Notes under the pieces: generated by a model
Told to the model about the DNA's origin: nothing
Database searches by the model: none
The model's input: only the letters and a program-made list of their open reading frames with translations
Position numbers and translations under genes: made by a program
NCBI GenBank assembly: GCA_963771355.1
Contig: CAVYTA010000006.1
Span: 1,344,001-1,408,000, forward strand
Length of the DNA stretch: 64,000 nt
DNA from: an uncultured Candidatus Rokubacteria bacterium
Lineage (GTDB): Bacteria; Methylomirabilota; Methylomirabilia; Rokubacteriales; CSP1-6
Direction: 5' to 3'
Shown: piece by piece, positions 38,285 to 48,498 of the stretch
How the letters are laid out: each line of letters starts with the position of its first letter
Numbering within the stretch: the stretch's first letter is position 1

Positions 38285-38815
38285 TCATCTCAAGAGAGAC
38301 TCGAAGAGCTGCCTCGCGGCCGGACGATCCCACTCCCGGGGTCCCAGGGCGATGTGGGTGATGCTGCCCTTCCGGTCGATGATCAGGCTGGCCGGCAACA
38401 CCCGGACTCCGTAGAGGCTCGCCACGCGAAGCCTCGGATCGAGGCCGACCGGAAAAGTGAACCCGCTCTCCTTCACGAAGCGCGCGACGCTGCGGGTCGA
38501 GCCCTCGGAGTCGTTCGAGACGGCGAGCACCACCAGCCCTTGCTCGCGGAACTTCTGGTAGAGGCGCTCCATCGCCGGCATCTCCTCCTTGCAGGGCCCG
38601 CACCACGTCGCCCAGAAGTTGAGGAGCACCACGCGGCCGCGAAAATCGGCGAGCGAGACCTTGGCGCCATCGGGAGTCGGCACCTCGAAGGGCTTGGCGG
38701 ACTGCGCCCGGCCCGGCCGGACGAGCTCGAGCTGCGCTGCCGGATCCTCGGCGCGCGCGGCCACTCCGGGCGCCCCCACGAGCGCGAGCACGATGATCAG
38801 GAAGCTGCGTATCAC
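38285..38815 (-). CDS. TlpA/ResA-like thiol-disulfide oxidoreductase
   Basis: Signal anchor, then LNFWATWCGPCKEEMP; GTG start at 38815. Confidence 0.9.
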   Translation of the reverse strand: MIRSFLIIVLALVGAPGVAARAEDPAAQLELVRPGRAQSAKPFEVPTPDGAKVSLADFRGRVVLLNFWATWCGPCKEEMPAMERLYQKFREQGLVVLAVSNDSEGSTRSVARFVKESGFTFPVGLDPRLRVASLYGVRVLPASLIIDRKGSITHIALGPREWDRPAARQLFESLLR

Positions 38816-38884
38816 GACGGCAGTATACACGCCACCCCCGGCTCCCCCGGCGCCCAGCCGGTCTGTGATAGGGTGCTTCTGGGC

Positions 38885-40102
38885 ATGACTTTGACCATCA
38901 TCGCGGACGACCTCACCGGCGCCTGCGACACCGGCTGCCTCTTCGCCGGGCCGGCGCCCGTCGGCGTGATCGCGGAGCCCGGCCTCGACCAGAGCGACGC
39001 GGGCGTGGTGGCGGTGGACACCGAGAGCCGCGCCCTCCCCGCTCCCGACGCGGGCCGGCGCGTACGCGCCGCCGCCTCGCGGCTGGGAACGCGGCTGCAC
39101 GCGGGCCCGCTCTTCAAGAAGATCGACTCCACCATGCGGGGCCCGGTGGCCGCCGAGCTCGAGGCGCTGCTGGACACGGGCGGCTGGGACGGCGCGCTGG
39201 TGTGCCCCGCCTTTCCCGCGCAGGGCCGCGTGGTCCGCGACGGCGTGCTCCACGTCGACGGCGTGCCTGCTCACGGGACGGTGATCGGGCGCGATCGCCA
39301 CTATCCGGGCGCCACCTCCGACGTGGGAGAGATTCTTGCGCAGGGCATGGCCCACGGCACCAGGCGGGCGATTCACCGGCTACCGCTGGCCGCCGTGCGC
39401 GCCGGCGCCGAGGCCGTGCGCGACGCGCTGGGCCGGGCGGCAGGCGGGCTGGTCGCCGCCGACGCGGAGACGGACGCGGACCTCGCCGTGCTCGCCGGCG
39501 CCACCGCGCCGCGCCTGGCCTGGCTGCTCGCGGGCTCGGCCGGGCTCGGGCAGGCGGTGGCGGGCGCGCTCCAGTTTCCACGCGCCACCGTTCCCCTTCC
39601 GCCGGGCCGCGCCTGGCTCTGGGTGGTGGGCAGCCTGCACGCGGCGAGCCGCGCCCAGCTCGCCGCCCTCGAGGCGGCGGGCGCGGAGGGCGTGTATCTC
39701 GACGGCCGCACGAATGAGGGCGGCCGCGCGCCGGATCATGCGACGGTGCGACGCGCGCTCGGCCGCGGCCGCCCCGCCTTCCTCGCCAGCGCCCCCGGGG
39801 CGCGGCTCGCGCCGCGTGAGGCCTCCCGCGCGCTGGGCGCGGCCACCGCGCGCGTGCTCGCCGATTCCGCGCCCGACGTCCTCGCGGTGACCGGCGGCGA
39901 GACCGCCTACGAGGTGCTCCAGGCGCTGGGCGCCACGCGCCTCGATCTCCTCGGCGCGCCCGCGAGCGGGCTCGCGCTGGGGGCCCTCACCTTCGCGGGC
40001 TCCCCTCGACCGGAAGGAAGCCCCTTACCGCTGCTCGCCAAGGCGGGCGGCTTCGGCGCGCCGGATCTCTTTCTGACCCTTCTGGAGGGACGGGCCCCCT
40101 GA
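38885..40102 (+). CDS. Four-carbon acid sugar kinase (DUF1537)
   Basis: IIADDLTGACDTG, DTESR, KKIDSTMRG, PAFPAQGR, TGGETA, KAGGFG. Confidence 0.92.
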   Translation: MTLTIIADDLTGACDTGCLFAGPAPVGVIAEPGLDQSDAGVVAVDTESRALPAPDAGRRVRAAASRLGTRLHAGPLFKKIDSTMRGPVAAELEALLDTGGWDGALVCPAFPAQGRVVRDGVLHVDGVPAHGTVIGRDRHYPGATSDVGEILAQGMAHGTRRAIHRLPLAAVRAGAEAVRDALGRAAGGLVAADAETDADLAVLAGATAPRLAWLLAGSAGLGQAVAGALQFPRATVPLPPGRAWLWVVGSLHAASRAQLAALEAAGAEGVYLDGRTNEGGRAPDHATVRRALGRGRPAFLASAPGARLAPREASRALGAATARVLADSAPDVLAVTGGETAYEVLQALGATRLDLLGAPASGLALGALTFAGSPRPEGSPLPLLAKAGGFGAPDLFLTLLEGRAP

Positions 40103-41136
40103 GCGCGCGCCTCCCCCTGCTGGGCATCACCATGGGCGATCCCGCCGGCGTGGGGCCCGAGATCACCGCGAAGGCGCTGGCCCTGCCGGCGGTGGCCTCC
40201 ACGTGCCGTCCCGTCGTCATCGGCTCGGGCGACGTGTTGGCGGCCACGCTCGAGCTGCTGCACTCGCCGCTGGCGCTCCACCGTGTCAAGTCGCCCGCGG
40301 AGTGCCGCTTCGCCGCGGGCACCCTGGAGTGCCTCGACCTCGAGAACGTGGACGTGCCGAGCCTGCCGCGCCGCGCGGTGAGCGCGGAGGCGGGCCGAGC
40401 CGCCTACGACTACATCGAGACGGCGGTGCGCCTCTGCCAGGGGCACGAGATCGACGCCATGGTGACCGCCCCCATCAACAAGGAGGCGCTGGCCGCCGCC
40501 GGGCACCCGCACACGGGACATACCGAGATCCTGGCCAAGCTGTCCGACACCCGCGACTTCGCCATGCTCCTCATGGGCAAGGAGCTGCGCGTGATCCACG
40601 TGACCACCCACGTGGCGCTGCGCCGCGTCCCCGACCTGGTGACGCGCGAGCGTGTGGGCCGGGTGATCGGGCTCGCGCAGCAGACCATGAATTTCCTCGG
40701 CGTGGCGCGCCCGAAGATCGCGGTCTGCGGGCTCAACCCGCACGCGGGCGAGGACGGCCTCTTCGGCGACGAGGAAGGGCGCGTGATCACCCCGGCCATC
40801 GAGGCGGCGCGGGGCGAGGGCCTCGACGTGTACGGGCCCCTGCCCGCCGACACGCTGTTCTCGCGCGCGCGCGGCGGGGAGTTCGACATCGTGGTCGCCA
40901 TGTACCACGACCAGGGCCACGTTCCCGTGAAGACGCTGGGCTTCACGTTCGATCAGGCGGCGGGCACGTGGACGGGGCTGTCCGGCGTGAACGTGACCGT
41001 CGGCCTCCCGTTCCTGCGCGTGTCGGTGGACCACGGCACCGCCTTCGATCGCGCCTGGAAGGGCATCGCCAATCCCGAGAGCATGATCGAGGCCATCGCG
41101 GTGGCCACCCACATGCTCGGTGCGCGCGGGAACTAG
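40099..41136 (+). CDS. pdxA: PdxA2-type 4-phospho acid sugar dehydrogenase, probable CTG start
   Basis: GITMGDPAGVGPE, TAPINKE, GHTE, GLNPHAGE, MYHDQGH, SVDHGTA. The frame extends to a CTG that overlaps the upstream TGA. Confidence 0.92.
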   Translation: MSARLPLLGITMGDPAGVGPEITAKALALPAVASTCRPVVIGSGDVLAATLELLHSPLALHRVKSPAECRFAAGTLECLDLENVDVPSLPRRAVSAEAGRAAYDYIETAVRLCQGHEIDAMVTAPINKEALAAAGHPHTGHTEILAKLSDTRDFAMLLMGKELRVIHVTTHVALRRVPDLVTRERVGRVIGLAQQTMNFLGVARPKIAVCGLNPHAGEDGLFGDEEGRVITPAIEAARGEGLDVYGPLPADTLFSRARGGEFDIVVAMYHDQGHVPVKTLGFTFDQAAGTWTGLSGVNVTVGLPFLRVSVDHGTAFDRAWKGIANPESMIEAIAVATHMLGARGN

Positions 41137-41153
41137 GCGCGCCCGCGCGGTCC

Positions 41154-42935
41154 ATGGACGAGGCGGTTCTCCGCGAGCGCGTTGGTGAGGTGGTCCGCGG
41201 ACGGGTGAGCCGCCGCCGCTTCATCCAGGAGCTGGTGGCGCTGGGGCTCACGACGCCGCTCGCCGCCCAGCTCTTGCCCCCCGCGCCGCCGGCGGCCGCG
41301 CAAGCGCCGGCGCGCCGCGGCGGTGGGGGCGCGCTTCGCCTCCTGTACTGGCAGGCGCCCACCAGCCTCAATCCCCACCTCGCCACCGGGGTCAAGGACG
41401 TGCACGCCGCCCGGCTCTTCTACGAGCCCCTGGCCGCCTTCGATCCCGAGGGAAACCTCGTGCCCCAGCTCGCCGCCGAGATCCCCACGCGGGACAACGG
41501 GGGCCTCGGGCGCGACGGCACCTGGGTGCGCTGGCGGCTCAAGCGCGGCGTGACGTGGCACGACGGCCGGCCCTTCACCGCCGACGACGTGGTGTTCAAC
41601 TGGGAGTACGCCGGCGACCCCGCCACCGCCGCCACCACGCTGTCCAACTATCGCGACCTCGAGCGCGTGGAAAAGATCGACGACTTGACGGTGCGGGTGG
41701 TCTTCAAGCAGCCCACCCCGTACTGGGCGGGCCCCTACTGCGGCGGCGCCGGGCTGATCATCCCGCGGCATCACTTCGATGCCTATCGCGGCGCGGCCTC
41801 GCGCGAGGCGCCCGCCAATCTGCGACCCGTCGGCACCGGGCCGTACCGGCACGGCGACTTCCGTCCCGGCGACGCCCTGCGGGCCGAGCTCAACCCCGGC
41901 TTTCATGTGGCGGGGCGCCCTGCCTTCGACCAGGTCGAGCTGAAGGGCGGCGGGGATGCCGCCTCCGCCGCCCGCGCGGTGCTCCAGACCGGGGAGTACG
42001 ATTTCGCCTGGAACATGCAGGTCGAAGACGACGTCCTCAAGCGCATGGAGGGAGGCGGCAAGGGCCGCATCGTGTTCACCCCCAGCAGCAGCACGGAGTT
42101 CATCGAGCTCAATTTCGCCGACCCCTGGCGCGAGGTGGACGGCGAGCGCGCCAGCGCAAAATCCAGCCACCCCCTCCTGTCCAGCGCCGACGTCCGGCAG
42201 GCGCTCGCCCTGCTGGTGGACCGCGAGACCATCCAGTCCGAGATCTACGGGCGCCAGGGACAGACCACGCCGAACTTCCTGGTCGCGCCGTCGCAATTCC
42301 GGTCGCCGAACACGCGGTGGGAGTTCAACCCCGAGCGGGCCACCCAGCTGCTCGAGGGCGCCGGCTGGCGCCGTGGCGCCGACGGGGTGCGCGCCAAGGA
42401 CGGTCGCCGGCTCGCGCTGGTCTTCCAGACGTCGATCAACGCCCCCCGGCAGAAGACGCAGGCCATCGTGAAACAGGCCTGCGCGCGGGCCGGCATCGCG
42501 GTGGAGCTCAAGTCCGTGGTGGCCGCCACCTACTTCTCCTCGGACGAGGCGAATCCGGACACCGTCCGGCACTTCAACGCGGACCTGCAGATGTACCAGC
42601 TCCTCATGGGCCGGCCGGATCCCCAGCGCTACATGGAGCGCTTCACCTCGTGGCAGATCGCGGCCAAGGAGAACAAGTGGACCCTCGGCAATACCGGCCG
42701 CTGGCGGAACGAGGAGTACGACCGGCTCTGGCGCGCCTCCGAGCGAGAGATGGACCCCGTCAAGCGCGCGGCCCTCTTCATCCGGATGAACGACCTGGTG
42801 ATGCGGGAGGGCGTGGTCATTCCCCTCGTCTGGCGCAACGAGGCCACCGCGGTCTCGACGCGGCTGCGCGGGGTCAACATCTCGCCCTGGGACGGCAATC
42901 TCTGGAACCTCGCCCTCTGGCAGCGCGCGACCTGA
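41154..42935 (+). CDS. Peptide/nickel ABC substrate-binding protein (family 5), Tat signal; paralog 1
   Basis: SRRRFI Tat motif; LKRGVTWHDGRPFTADDV; VGTGPY. Confidence 0.92.
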   Translation: MDEAVLRERVGEVVRGRVSRRRFIQELVALGLTTPLAAQLLPPAPPAAAQAPARRGGGGALRLLYWQAPTSLNPHLATGVKDVHAARLFYEPLAAFDPEGNLVPQLAAEIPTRDNGGLGRDGTWVRWRLKRGVTWHDGRPFTADDVVFNWEYAGDPATAATTLSNYRDLERVEKIDDLTVRVVFKQPTPYWAGPYCGGAGLIIPRHHFDAYRGAASREAPANLRPVGTGPYRHGDFRPGDALRAELNPGFHVAGRPAFDQVELKGGGDAASAARAVLQTGEYDFAWNMQVEDDVLKRMEGGGKGRIVFTPSSSTEFIELNFADPWREVDGERASAKSSHPLLSSADVRQALALLVDRETIQSEIYGRQGQTTPNFLVAPSQFRSPNTRWEFNPERATQLLEGAGWRRGADGVRAKDGRRLALVFQTSINAPRQKTQAIVKQACARAGIAVELKSVVAATYFSSDEANPDTVRHFNADLQMYQLLMGRPDPQRYMERFTSWQIAAKENKWTLGNTGRWRNEEYDRLWRASEREMDPVKRAALFIRMNDLVMREGVVIPLVWRNEATAVSTRLRGVNISPWDGNLWNLALWQRAT

Positions 42936-42945
42936 GAGGAGCCCC

Positions 42946-43629
42946 GTGGACCAGCCCTACGACGTGATCACCTTCGACTGCTACGGCACCCTCATAGACT
43001 GGGAGCGGGGCGTGCGCGACGGCTTCGCCGCCGCGGCGGCGGCGAGCGGGCGCCCGGTGGACACGTCGGCCGCGATGCGACTCTTCGCGGAGACGGAGCC
43101 CGTCGTGCAGGCCGAGGCCTTCCGGAGTTATCGTGACGTCCTCGCCGAGACCGGCCGGCGCGTGGCGGTACGTCTGGGCTGGGCGCTACCGGCCGCGCGC
43201 GCGGGCTTCCTCGCCGAGAGCATCCTGGGCTGGACGCCCTTCCCCGACACCAACGCGGCGCTGCGCCGCCTGGCGGGGGCGGGCTACCGGCTCGGCATCC
43301 TCTCCAACGTGGACGACGACCTCCTGGCCTGGACGAGGCGCCACCTCGCCGCGCCCTTCGACCTGGTCGTTACCGCGGAGCAGGTGCGCTCCTACAAGCC
43401 GGCCCCCGGCCACTTCCTCGCGGCGCGGGCCCGCATCGGGAGCCGTCCCTGGCTGCACGCAGCCCAGAGCTATTTTCACGACATCACCCCCTGTCGGGCG
43501 CTGGGAATCCCCTGCGCCTGGATCAACCGCAAAGGCGAAGCGTCCGGCGGCGCCGCGCGGCCGGACCGCGAGTTCCCCACGCTCACCGCGCTGACCGAGT
43601 GGCTGGCGCCGGTGCCGGCGCACGCTTGA
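42946..43629 (+). CDS. HAD-family hydrolase (haloacid dehalogenase type II-like)
   Basis: FDCYGTLIDWE, ILSNVD, SYKP, HAAQSYFHDI. Confidence 0.9.
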   Translation: MDQPYDVITFDCYGTLIDWERGVRDGFAAAAAASGRPVDTSAAMRLFAETEPVVQAEAFRSYRDVLAETGRRVAVRLGWALPAARAGFLAESILGWTPFPDTNAALRRLAGAGYRLGILSNVDDDLLAWTRRHLAAPFDLVVTAEQVRSYKPAPGHFLAARARIGSRPWLHAAQSYFHDITPCRALGIPCAWINRKGEASGGAARPDREFPTLTALTEWLAPVPAHA

Positions 43630-43654
43630 CAGTCATGGGGCACGCCCGTATAAC
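43626..43654 (+). promoter_or_regulatory. Near-consensus sigma70 promoter for SBP paralog 2
   Basis: TTGACA-17-TATAAC; the -35 overlaps the HAD stop codon. Confidence 0.7.
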
Positions 43655-43697
43655 GAGCCAACCCTCGAGCCGCCCACGCGAGACAGGAGACGTCACC

Positions 43698-45497
43698 ATG
43701 GACGAGCAGGCCCTTCGGCAACACGTCGACGACGTCAAGGCCGGGCGCGTGAGTCGCCGGTCGTTCATCCGCACCATGGCGGCGCTCGGCGTCACCGCGC
43801 CGCTGGCCGCCCAGATGCTCGCGTCCGCCGGCGTGCGGCCCGCGCAGGCTCAGTCCTCGGCCTTCACGCCCACCAAGCGCGGCGGCGGCGGGGCGCTGAA
43901 GATGCTCTGGTGGCAGGCGCCCACGCTGCTCAATCCCCACTTCGCCACCGGGACCAAGGACCAGGAGGCCTCCCGCATCTTCTACGAGCCCCTGGCCGGC
44001 TACGACCCCGACGGCACCGTGGTGCCGATACTGGCGGCCGAGCTCCCCACCGTGACCAACGGCGGACTGGCGAAGGACCTCACGTCGGTGACCTGGAAGC
44101 TCAAGAAGGGCGTGAGCTGGCACGATGGCAAGCCGTTCACCGCCGACGACGTCGTGTTCAACTACGAGTTCGTGATGGATCCCGCGAACAAGACCGTCAC
44201 CACCGGCTCCTACTCGGAGATCTCGAAGCTCGAGAAGCTCGACAGCCACACCGTGAAGCTCACCTTCAAGAAGCCCCAGCCCTTCTGGGCGGATGCCTTC
44301 TGCGGCGTGCGCGGCATGATCATCCCCAAGCACGTCTTCGAGCCGTTCCGCGGCGCCAAGGCCCAGGAAGCACCGGCCAATCTCAAGCCGGTCGGCACCG
44401 GAGCCTATCGGATCGTCGACTTCCGCCCGGGCGACATCGTCCGGGGGGATGCCTTCTCCGGCTACCACGTGCCCAACCGCCCCTTCTTCGACAGCGTGGA
44501 GATGAAGGGCGGCGGCGATGCCGCCTCCGCGGCACGCGCGGTGCTCCAGACCGGGGAGTACGACTACGCCTGGAACCTCCAGGTCGAGGACGACATCCTC
44601 AAGCGCATGGAGCAGGGCGGCAAGGGCAGGGTCAACATCTGGGCCACCGGCAATCCCGAGCACATCCAGTGCAACACCACCGACCCGTGGACCGAGGTGG
44701 ACGGGGAGCGCTCCAGCATCAAGACCAGCCATCCCACGCTCTCGGATCCCGCCGTCCGGGGGGCGCTCAACCTCCTGGTGGACCGTGCGGCGGTGCAGGA
44801 GCAGATCTACGGACGGGGCGGCCAGACCAGCGCGAACTTCCTCAACGCCCCCTCGCGCTTCCACTCCCGGAACATCCGCTGGGAGTTCAACCCGGACAAA
44901 GCCAACCAGCTCCTGGATGCCGCCGGCTGGAAGCGGGGGGCCGACGGCGTGCGCGTCAAGGACGGCAAGCGGCTCAAGTTCCTCTACCAGACCTCGATCA
45001 ACGCGCCCCGACAGAAGACCCAGGCCATCGTGAAGCAGGCGGCGGCGAAGGCGGGCATCGAGATCGAGCTCAAGTCGGTGGTGGCCTCGGTGTTCTTCGC
45101 CTCCGACCCGGGCAATCCCGACACCTACCCCCACTTCTACTCGGACCTGCAGATGTACAACACCACCATGAGCGCCCCGGACCCGCAGTCCTTCATGCTG
45201 CAGTTCTGCTCCTGGGAGGTGGCGCAGAAGGCCAATAGCTGGCAGGGCCGGAACATCACGCGCTTCCGGAACGACGAGTACGACCGTGCCTATCGGGCGG
45301 CGGAGGGCGAGGTGGACCCGCTGAAGCGGGCCGCGCTCTTCATCAAGATGAACGATATCGTGATCAGCAACGTCGCGGTGATCCCGGTGCTCTGGCGCAA
45401 CGGCGTCTCCGGCTCGGGCCTCAAGCTCCGCGGGATGGACCTCAGCGGCTGGGACAGCACCCTGTGGCGGCTGCCCTTCTGGCACCGGGAAGCGTAG
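43698..45497 (+). CDS. Peptide ABC substrate-binding protein, Tat signal; paralog 2
   Basis: SRRSFI; WQAPTLLNPHFATG; LKKGVSWHDGKPFTADDV. Confidence 0.93.
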   Translation: MDEQALRQHVDDVKAGRVSRRSFIRTMAALGVTAPLAAQMLASAGVRPAQAQSSAFTPTKRGGGGALKMLWWQAPTLLNPHFATGTKDQEASRIFYEPLAGYDPDGTVVPILAAELPTVTNGGLAKDLTSVTWKLKKGVSWHDGKPFTADDVVFNYEFVMDPANKTVTTGSYSEISKLEKLDSHTVKLTFKKPQPFWADAFCGVRGMIIPKHVFEPFRGAKAQEAPANLKPVGTGAYRIVDFRPGDIVRGDAFSGYHVPNRPFFDSVEMKGGGDAASAARAVLQTGEYDYAWNLQVEDDILKRMEQGGKGRVNIWATGNPEHIQCNTTDPWTEVDGERSSIKTSHPTLSDPAVRGALNLLVDRAAVQEQIYGRGGQTSANFLNAPSRFHSRNIRWEFNPDKANQLLDAAGWKRGADGVRVKDGKRLKFLYQTSINAPRQKTQAIVKQAAAKAGIEIELKSVVASVFFASDPGNPDTYPHFYSDLQMYNTTMSAPDPQSFMLQFCSWEVAQKANSWQGRNITRFRNDEYDRAYRAAEGEVDPLKRAALFIKMNDIVISNVAVIPVLWRNGVSGSGLKLRGMDLSGWDSTLWRLPFWHREA

Positions 45498-45530
45498 GCA
45501 TCCGTACGGGCCCCGGGAGCCAAGCCATTC

Positions 45531-45586
45531 CAAGGGCGGCGGAACCCCCCGCCGCCCTTGACAGTTTCCCTCTTGCAGCATATAAG
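45531..45586 (+). promoter_or_regulatory. 12-bp hairpin overlapping the promoter for SBP paralog 3
   Basis: CAAGGGCGGCGG-6 nt-CCGCCGCCCTTG, then TTGACA(45558)-17-TATAAG. Confidence 0.65.
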
Positions 45587-45665
45587 AATGGGACCGTCCG
45601 CACGCAGTTGGCCGGTCACCGCCGACCCACCCAGGAGGACCACATTGCAGGAGGAGCACACGAAC

Positions 45666-47456
45666 ATGGATGAACGTGAACTTCGGAGTCTCATCGGTCA
45701 GGTCAAGGCTGGTCGCCTGAGCCGGCGCGCTTTCGTTCAGATGATGGTCGGCGTCGGCCTCACCGCCCCGCTCGCCGCCCAGATGCTGGCATCGGCCGGG
45801 GTCGCCCAGGCCCAGTCGAAGCTGGCCTACAAGCCCACCAAGCGCGGCGGGGGCGGAGCGCTGAAGGTCCTGTGGTGGCAGGGCGCCACCCTGCTGAATC
45901 CCCACTTCGCCACCGGCACCAAGGACCAGGACGGCTCACGGATCTTCTACGAGCCCCTGGCCTCCTGGGATCCCGACGGCAACCTCGCGCCGACCCTGGC
46001 CGCCGAGATTCCCAGCGTGCAGAACGGCGGCGTCGCGAAGGACGGCAAGTCGGTGACGTGGAAGCTCAAGAAGGGCGTTACCTGGCACGACGGCAAGCCC
46101 TTCACCGCCGACGACTGCGTGTTCACCTGGGAGTACTGCGCCGATCCCGCCACGGCATCGGTGAACATCGGCACCTACAAGGATGTCAAGGTCGAGAAGG
46201 TCGACAGCCACACCATCAAGGTCAGCTTCACCAAGCCCACGCCCTTCTGGGCCGACGTCTTCGTGGGCGTGCGCGGCATGATCATCCCCAAGCACCTGTT
46301 CGAGCCCTTCAAGGGAGCCAAGTCGCGCGAGGCGCCGGCCAACCTCAAGCCCGTCGGCACCGGGCCCTACAAGTTTGCTGACTTCAAGCCCGGCGACATG
46401 GTGCGGGGCGATCTGAACCCGACCTATCACATGGCGAATCGGCCCTTCTTCGACACCATCGAGATGAAGGGCGGCGGCGACGCGGTCTCGGCGGCGCGGG
46501 CCGTCATCCAGACCGGCGAGTTCGACTACGCCTGGAACATGCAGGTCGAGGACGAGATCCTCAAGCGGATGGAGCAGGGCGGCAAGGGCAAGGCCGACAT
46601 CGTGGCCGGCGGCAACATCGAGCACATCCAGTGCAACTTCACCGATCCGTGGAAAGAGGTGGACGGTGAGCGCGCCAGCATCAAGACCACGCACCCCGTG
46701 CTGAGCGACCCCGCCGTCCGGCAGGCGCTGAACCTCCTGGTGGACCGCGCCTCGGTGCAGGAGCAGATCTACGGCCGCACCGGGATCGCCACCGCGAACT
46801 TCCTCAACCAGCCCTCGCGGTTCGCATCGAAGAGCACCAAGTGGGAGCTCAACGTCGACAAGGCCAACCAGGTCCTCGAGGCGGCGGGCTGGAAGAAGGG
46901 CTCGGACGGCATCCGCGCCAAGGACGGCAAGAAGCTCAAGTTCGTCTACCAGACCTCCATCAATGCCCCGCGCCAGAAGACCCAGGCCATCGTCAAGCAG
47001 GCGGCGGCCAAGGCGGGCATCGAGCTCGAGCTCAAGTCGGTGACCGCGTCGGTGTACTTCTCGTCGGACGTGGCCAATCCCGACACCTACAGCCACTTCT
47101 ACACCGACATCCAGATGTACACGACCACGATGACCCAACCCGATCCCGAGCAGTTCATGCGCCAGTTCCTCACCGAGGAGGTCGCCTCCAAGGAGAACAA
47201 GTGGCAGGGGCGCAACATCACGCGCTGGCGCAACGAGGAGTTCGACAAGCTCCACAAGGCCTCCGAGTCGGAGCTCGATCCGGTGAAGCGCGCCGCGTTG
47301 TTCATCAAGATGAACGAGCTGGTGATCCAGAACGTCGTGGTCATCCCGGTGGTGTTCCGTCCCCGCGTGGCCGCCGTCGCCAACACGCTGCGCGCCGAGC
47401 AGAGCGGCTGGGACTCCGACTTCTGGAGCCTTCAGAGCTGGTATCGCGAGGGGTAG
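45666..47456 (+). CDS. Peptide ABC substrate-binding protein, Tat signal; paralog 3
   Basis: SRRAFV; highly similar to paralog 2; AGGAGGAG SD. Confidence 0.93.
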   Translation: MDERELRSLIGQVKAGRLSRRAFVQMMVGVGLTAPLAAQMLASAGVAQAQSKLAYKPTKRGGGGALKVLWWQGATLLNPHFATGTKDQDGSRIFYEPLASWDPDGNLAPTLAAEIPSVQNGGVAKDGKSVTWKLKKGVTWHDGKPFTADDCVFTWEYCADPATASVNIGTYKDVKVEKVDSHTIKVSFTKPTPFWADVFVGVRGMIIPKHLFEPFKGAKSREAPANLKPVGTGPYKFADFKPGDMVRGDLNPTYHMANRPFFDTIEMKGGGDAVSAARAVIQTGEFDYAWNMQVEDEILKRMEQGGKGKADIVAGGNIEHIQCNFTDPWKEVDGERASIKTTHPVLSDPAVRQALNLLVDRASVQEQIYGRTGIATANFLNQPSRFASKSTKWELNVDKANQVLEAAGWKKGSDGIRAKDGKKLKFVYQTSINAPRQKTQAIVKQAAAKAGIELELKSVTASVYFSSDVANPDTYSHFYTDIQMYTTTMTQPDPEQFMRQFLTEEVASKENKWQGRNITRWRNEEFDKLHKASESELDPVKRAALFIKMNELVIQNVVVIPVVFRPRVAAVANTLRAEQSGWDSDFWSLQSWYREG

Positions 47457-47465
47457 ACCGGCCGT

Positions 47466-47494
47466 CCGCGGGCCGGGTAGCCCCCGGCCCGCGG
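47466..47494 (+). other. GC-rich stem-loop between SBP and permease genes
   Basis: CCGCGGGCCGGG-5 nt-CCCGGCCCGCGG with no U tract; likely mRNA-stabilising. Confidence 0.55.
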
Positions 47495-47538
47495 CTCCCG
47501 CGTCACCGCTGACAACGACGACTGCCGACAACGACTGA

Positions 47539-48498
47539 ATGGCCAAGTATCTGGTCCGGCGCGTGCTGATCTCCATCCCGGTGCTGGCGGGGATCAGCCT
47601 CGTGCTCTTCACCATCCTCGCCCTGGCCCCCGGCGATCCCTTCGAGGAGCTGGCCACCAACCCGAACGTGCCGCCGGAGGTGCGCATGAACCTGCGCGCC
47701 CAGTTCGGCCTCGACGACCCCGTCGCCGTCCGCTACCTGCGCTGGTTCACCTCCATGATGAAGGGGGACTGGGGCTTCTCCTTCGTGAGCCGCGTCAACG
47801 TGGACCAGCTCATCCTGCAGCGGCTGCCCACCACCATCCTCGTCATCGGCTCCGCGCAGCTCCTGGGCCTCCTCATCGCCATCCCCATCGGGGTCATCTC
47901 GGCCACCCGGCCGTACTCGCTGTTCGACCAGGTGGCCACCACCGGCGCCTTCCTGGGCTTTTCCCTGCCCACCTTCTTCACCGGCCTTCTCTTCATCCTC
48001 TTCTTCAGCATCTTCCTCGACTGGCTCCCCTTCATCTACCGGGCCGACATCAGCGCTTCCGGCTGGCGGTGGTGGTGGGAGCATATCCGCCAGGCCATCA
48101 TGCCGGTCTCGGTGCTGGCCCTGTTCCAGGCCGCCTCCATGACCCGGTTCATGCGCTCGGCGGTGCTCGACGTGATCCAGCTGGACTACGTGCGCACCGC
48201 CCGGGCCAAGGGGCTCGCCGAGCGCGTGACCATCGTGCGGCACGTGGTGCGCAATGCCCTCATTCCGGTGGTCACCCTGGTGGCCCTGCAGGTTCCCACC
48301 ATCTTCGCCGGCGCCCTCATCACCGAGCAGATCTTCCGGGTGCCCGGCATCGGCTCGCTCCTCATCAGCTCGATCCTCGCCAACGACACCCCGGTGATCA
48401 TGGCCATCACCTTCGTGTTCTCGGCGCTGGTGGTCCTCTTCAACCTCGTCGCCGACATCCTCTATGGCTGGCTCGATCCCCGCATCTCGTACCGGTAG
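47539..48498 (+). CDS. Peptide ABC permease (DppB/OppB-like)
   Basis: LAPGDP, GDWGFS, DYVRTARAKGL, HVVRNAL, LDPRI. Confidence 0.93.
   Translation: MAKYLVRRVLISIPVLAGISLVLFTILALAPGDPFEELATNPNVPPEVRMNLRAQFGLDDPVAVRYLRWFTSMMKGDWGFSFVSRVNVDQLILQRLPTTILVIGSAQLLGLLIAIPIGVISATRPYSLFDQVATTGAFLGFSLPTFFTGLLFILFFSIFLDWLPFIYRADISASGWRWWWEHIRQAIMPVSVLALFQAASMTRFMRSAVLDVIQLDYVRTARAKGLAERVTIVRHVVRNALIPVVTLVALQVPTIFAGALITEQIFRVPGIGSLLISSILANDTPVIMAITFVFSALVVLFNLVADILYGWLDPRISYR

Noticed and set aside
41154..47456. DNA-level repeats suggesting a repeat array or CRISPR
   Set aside because: The similarity comes from three paralogous coding sequences. No regularly spaced repeats or cas genes occur anywhere in the window.
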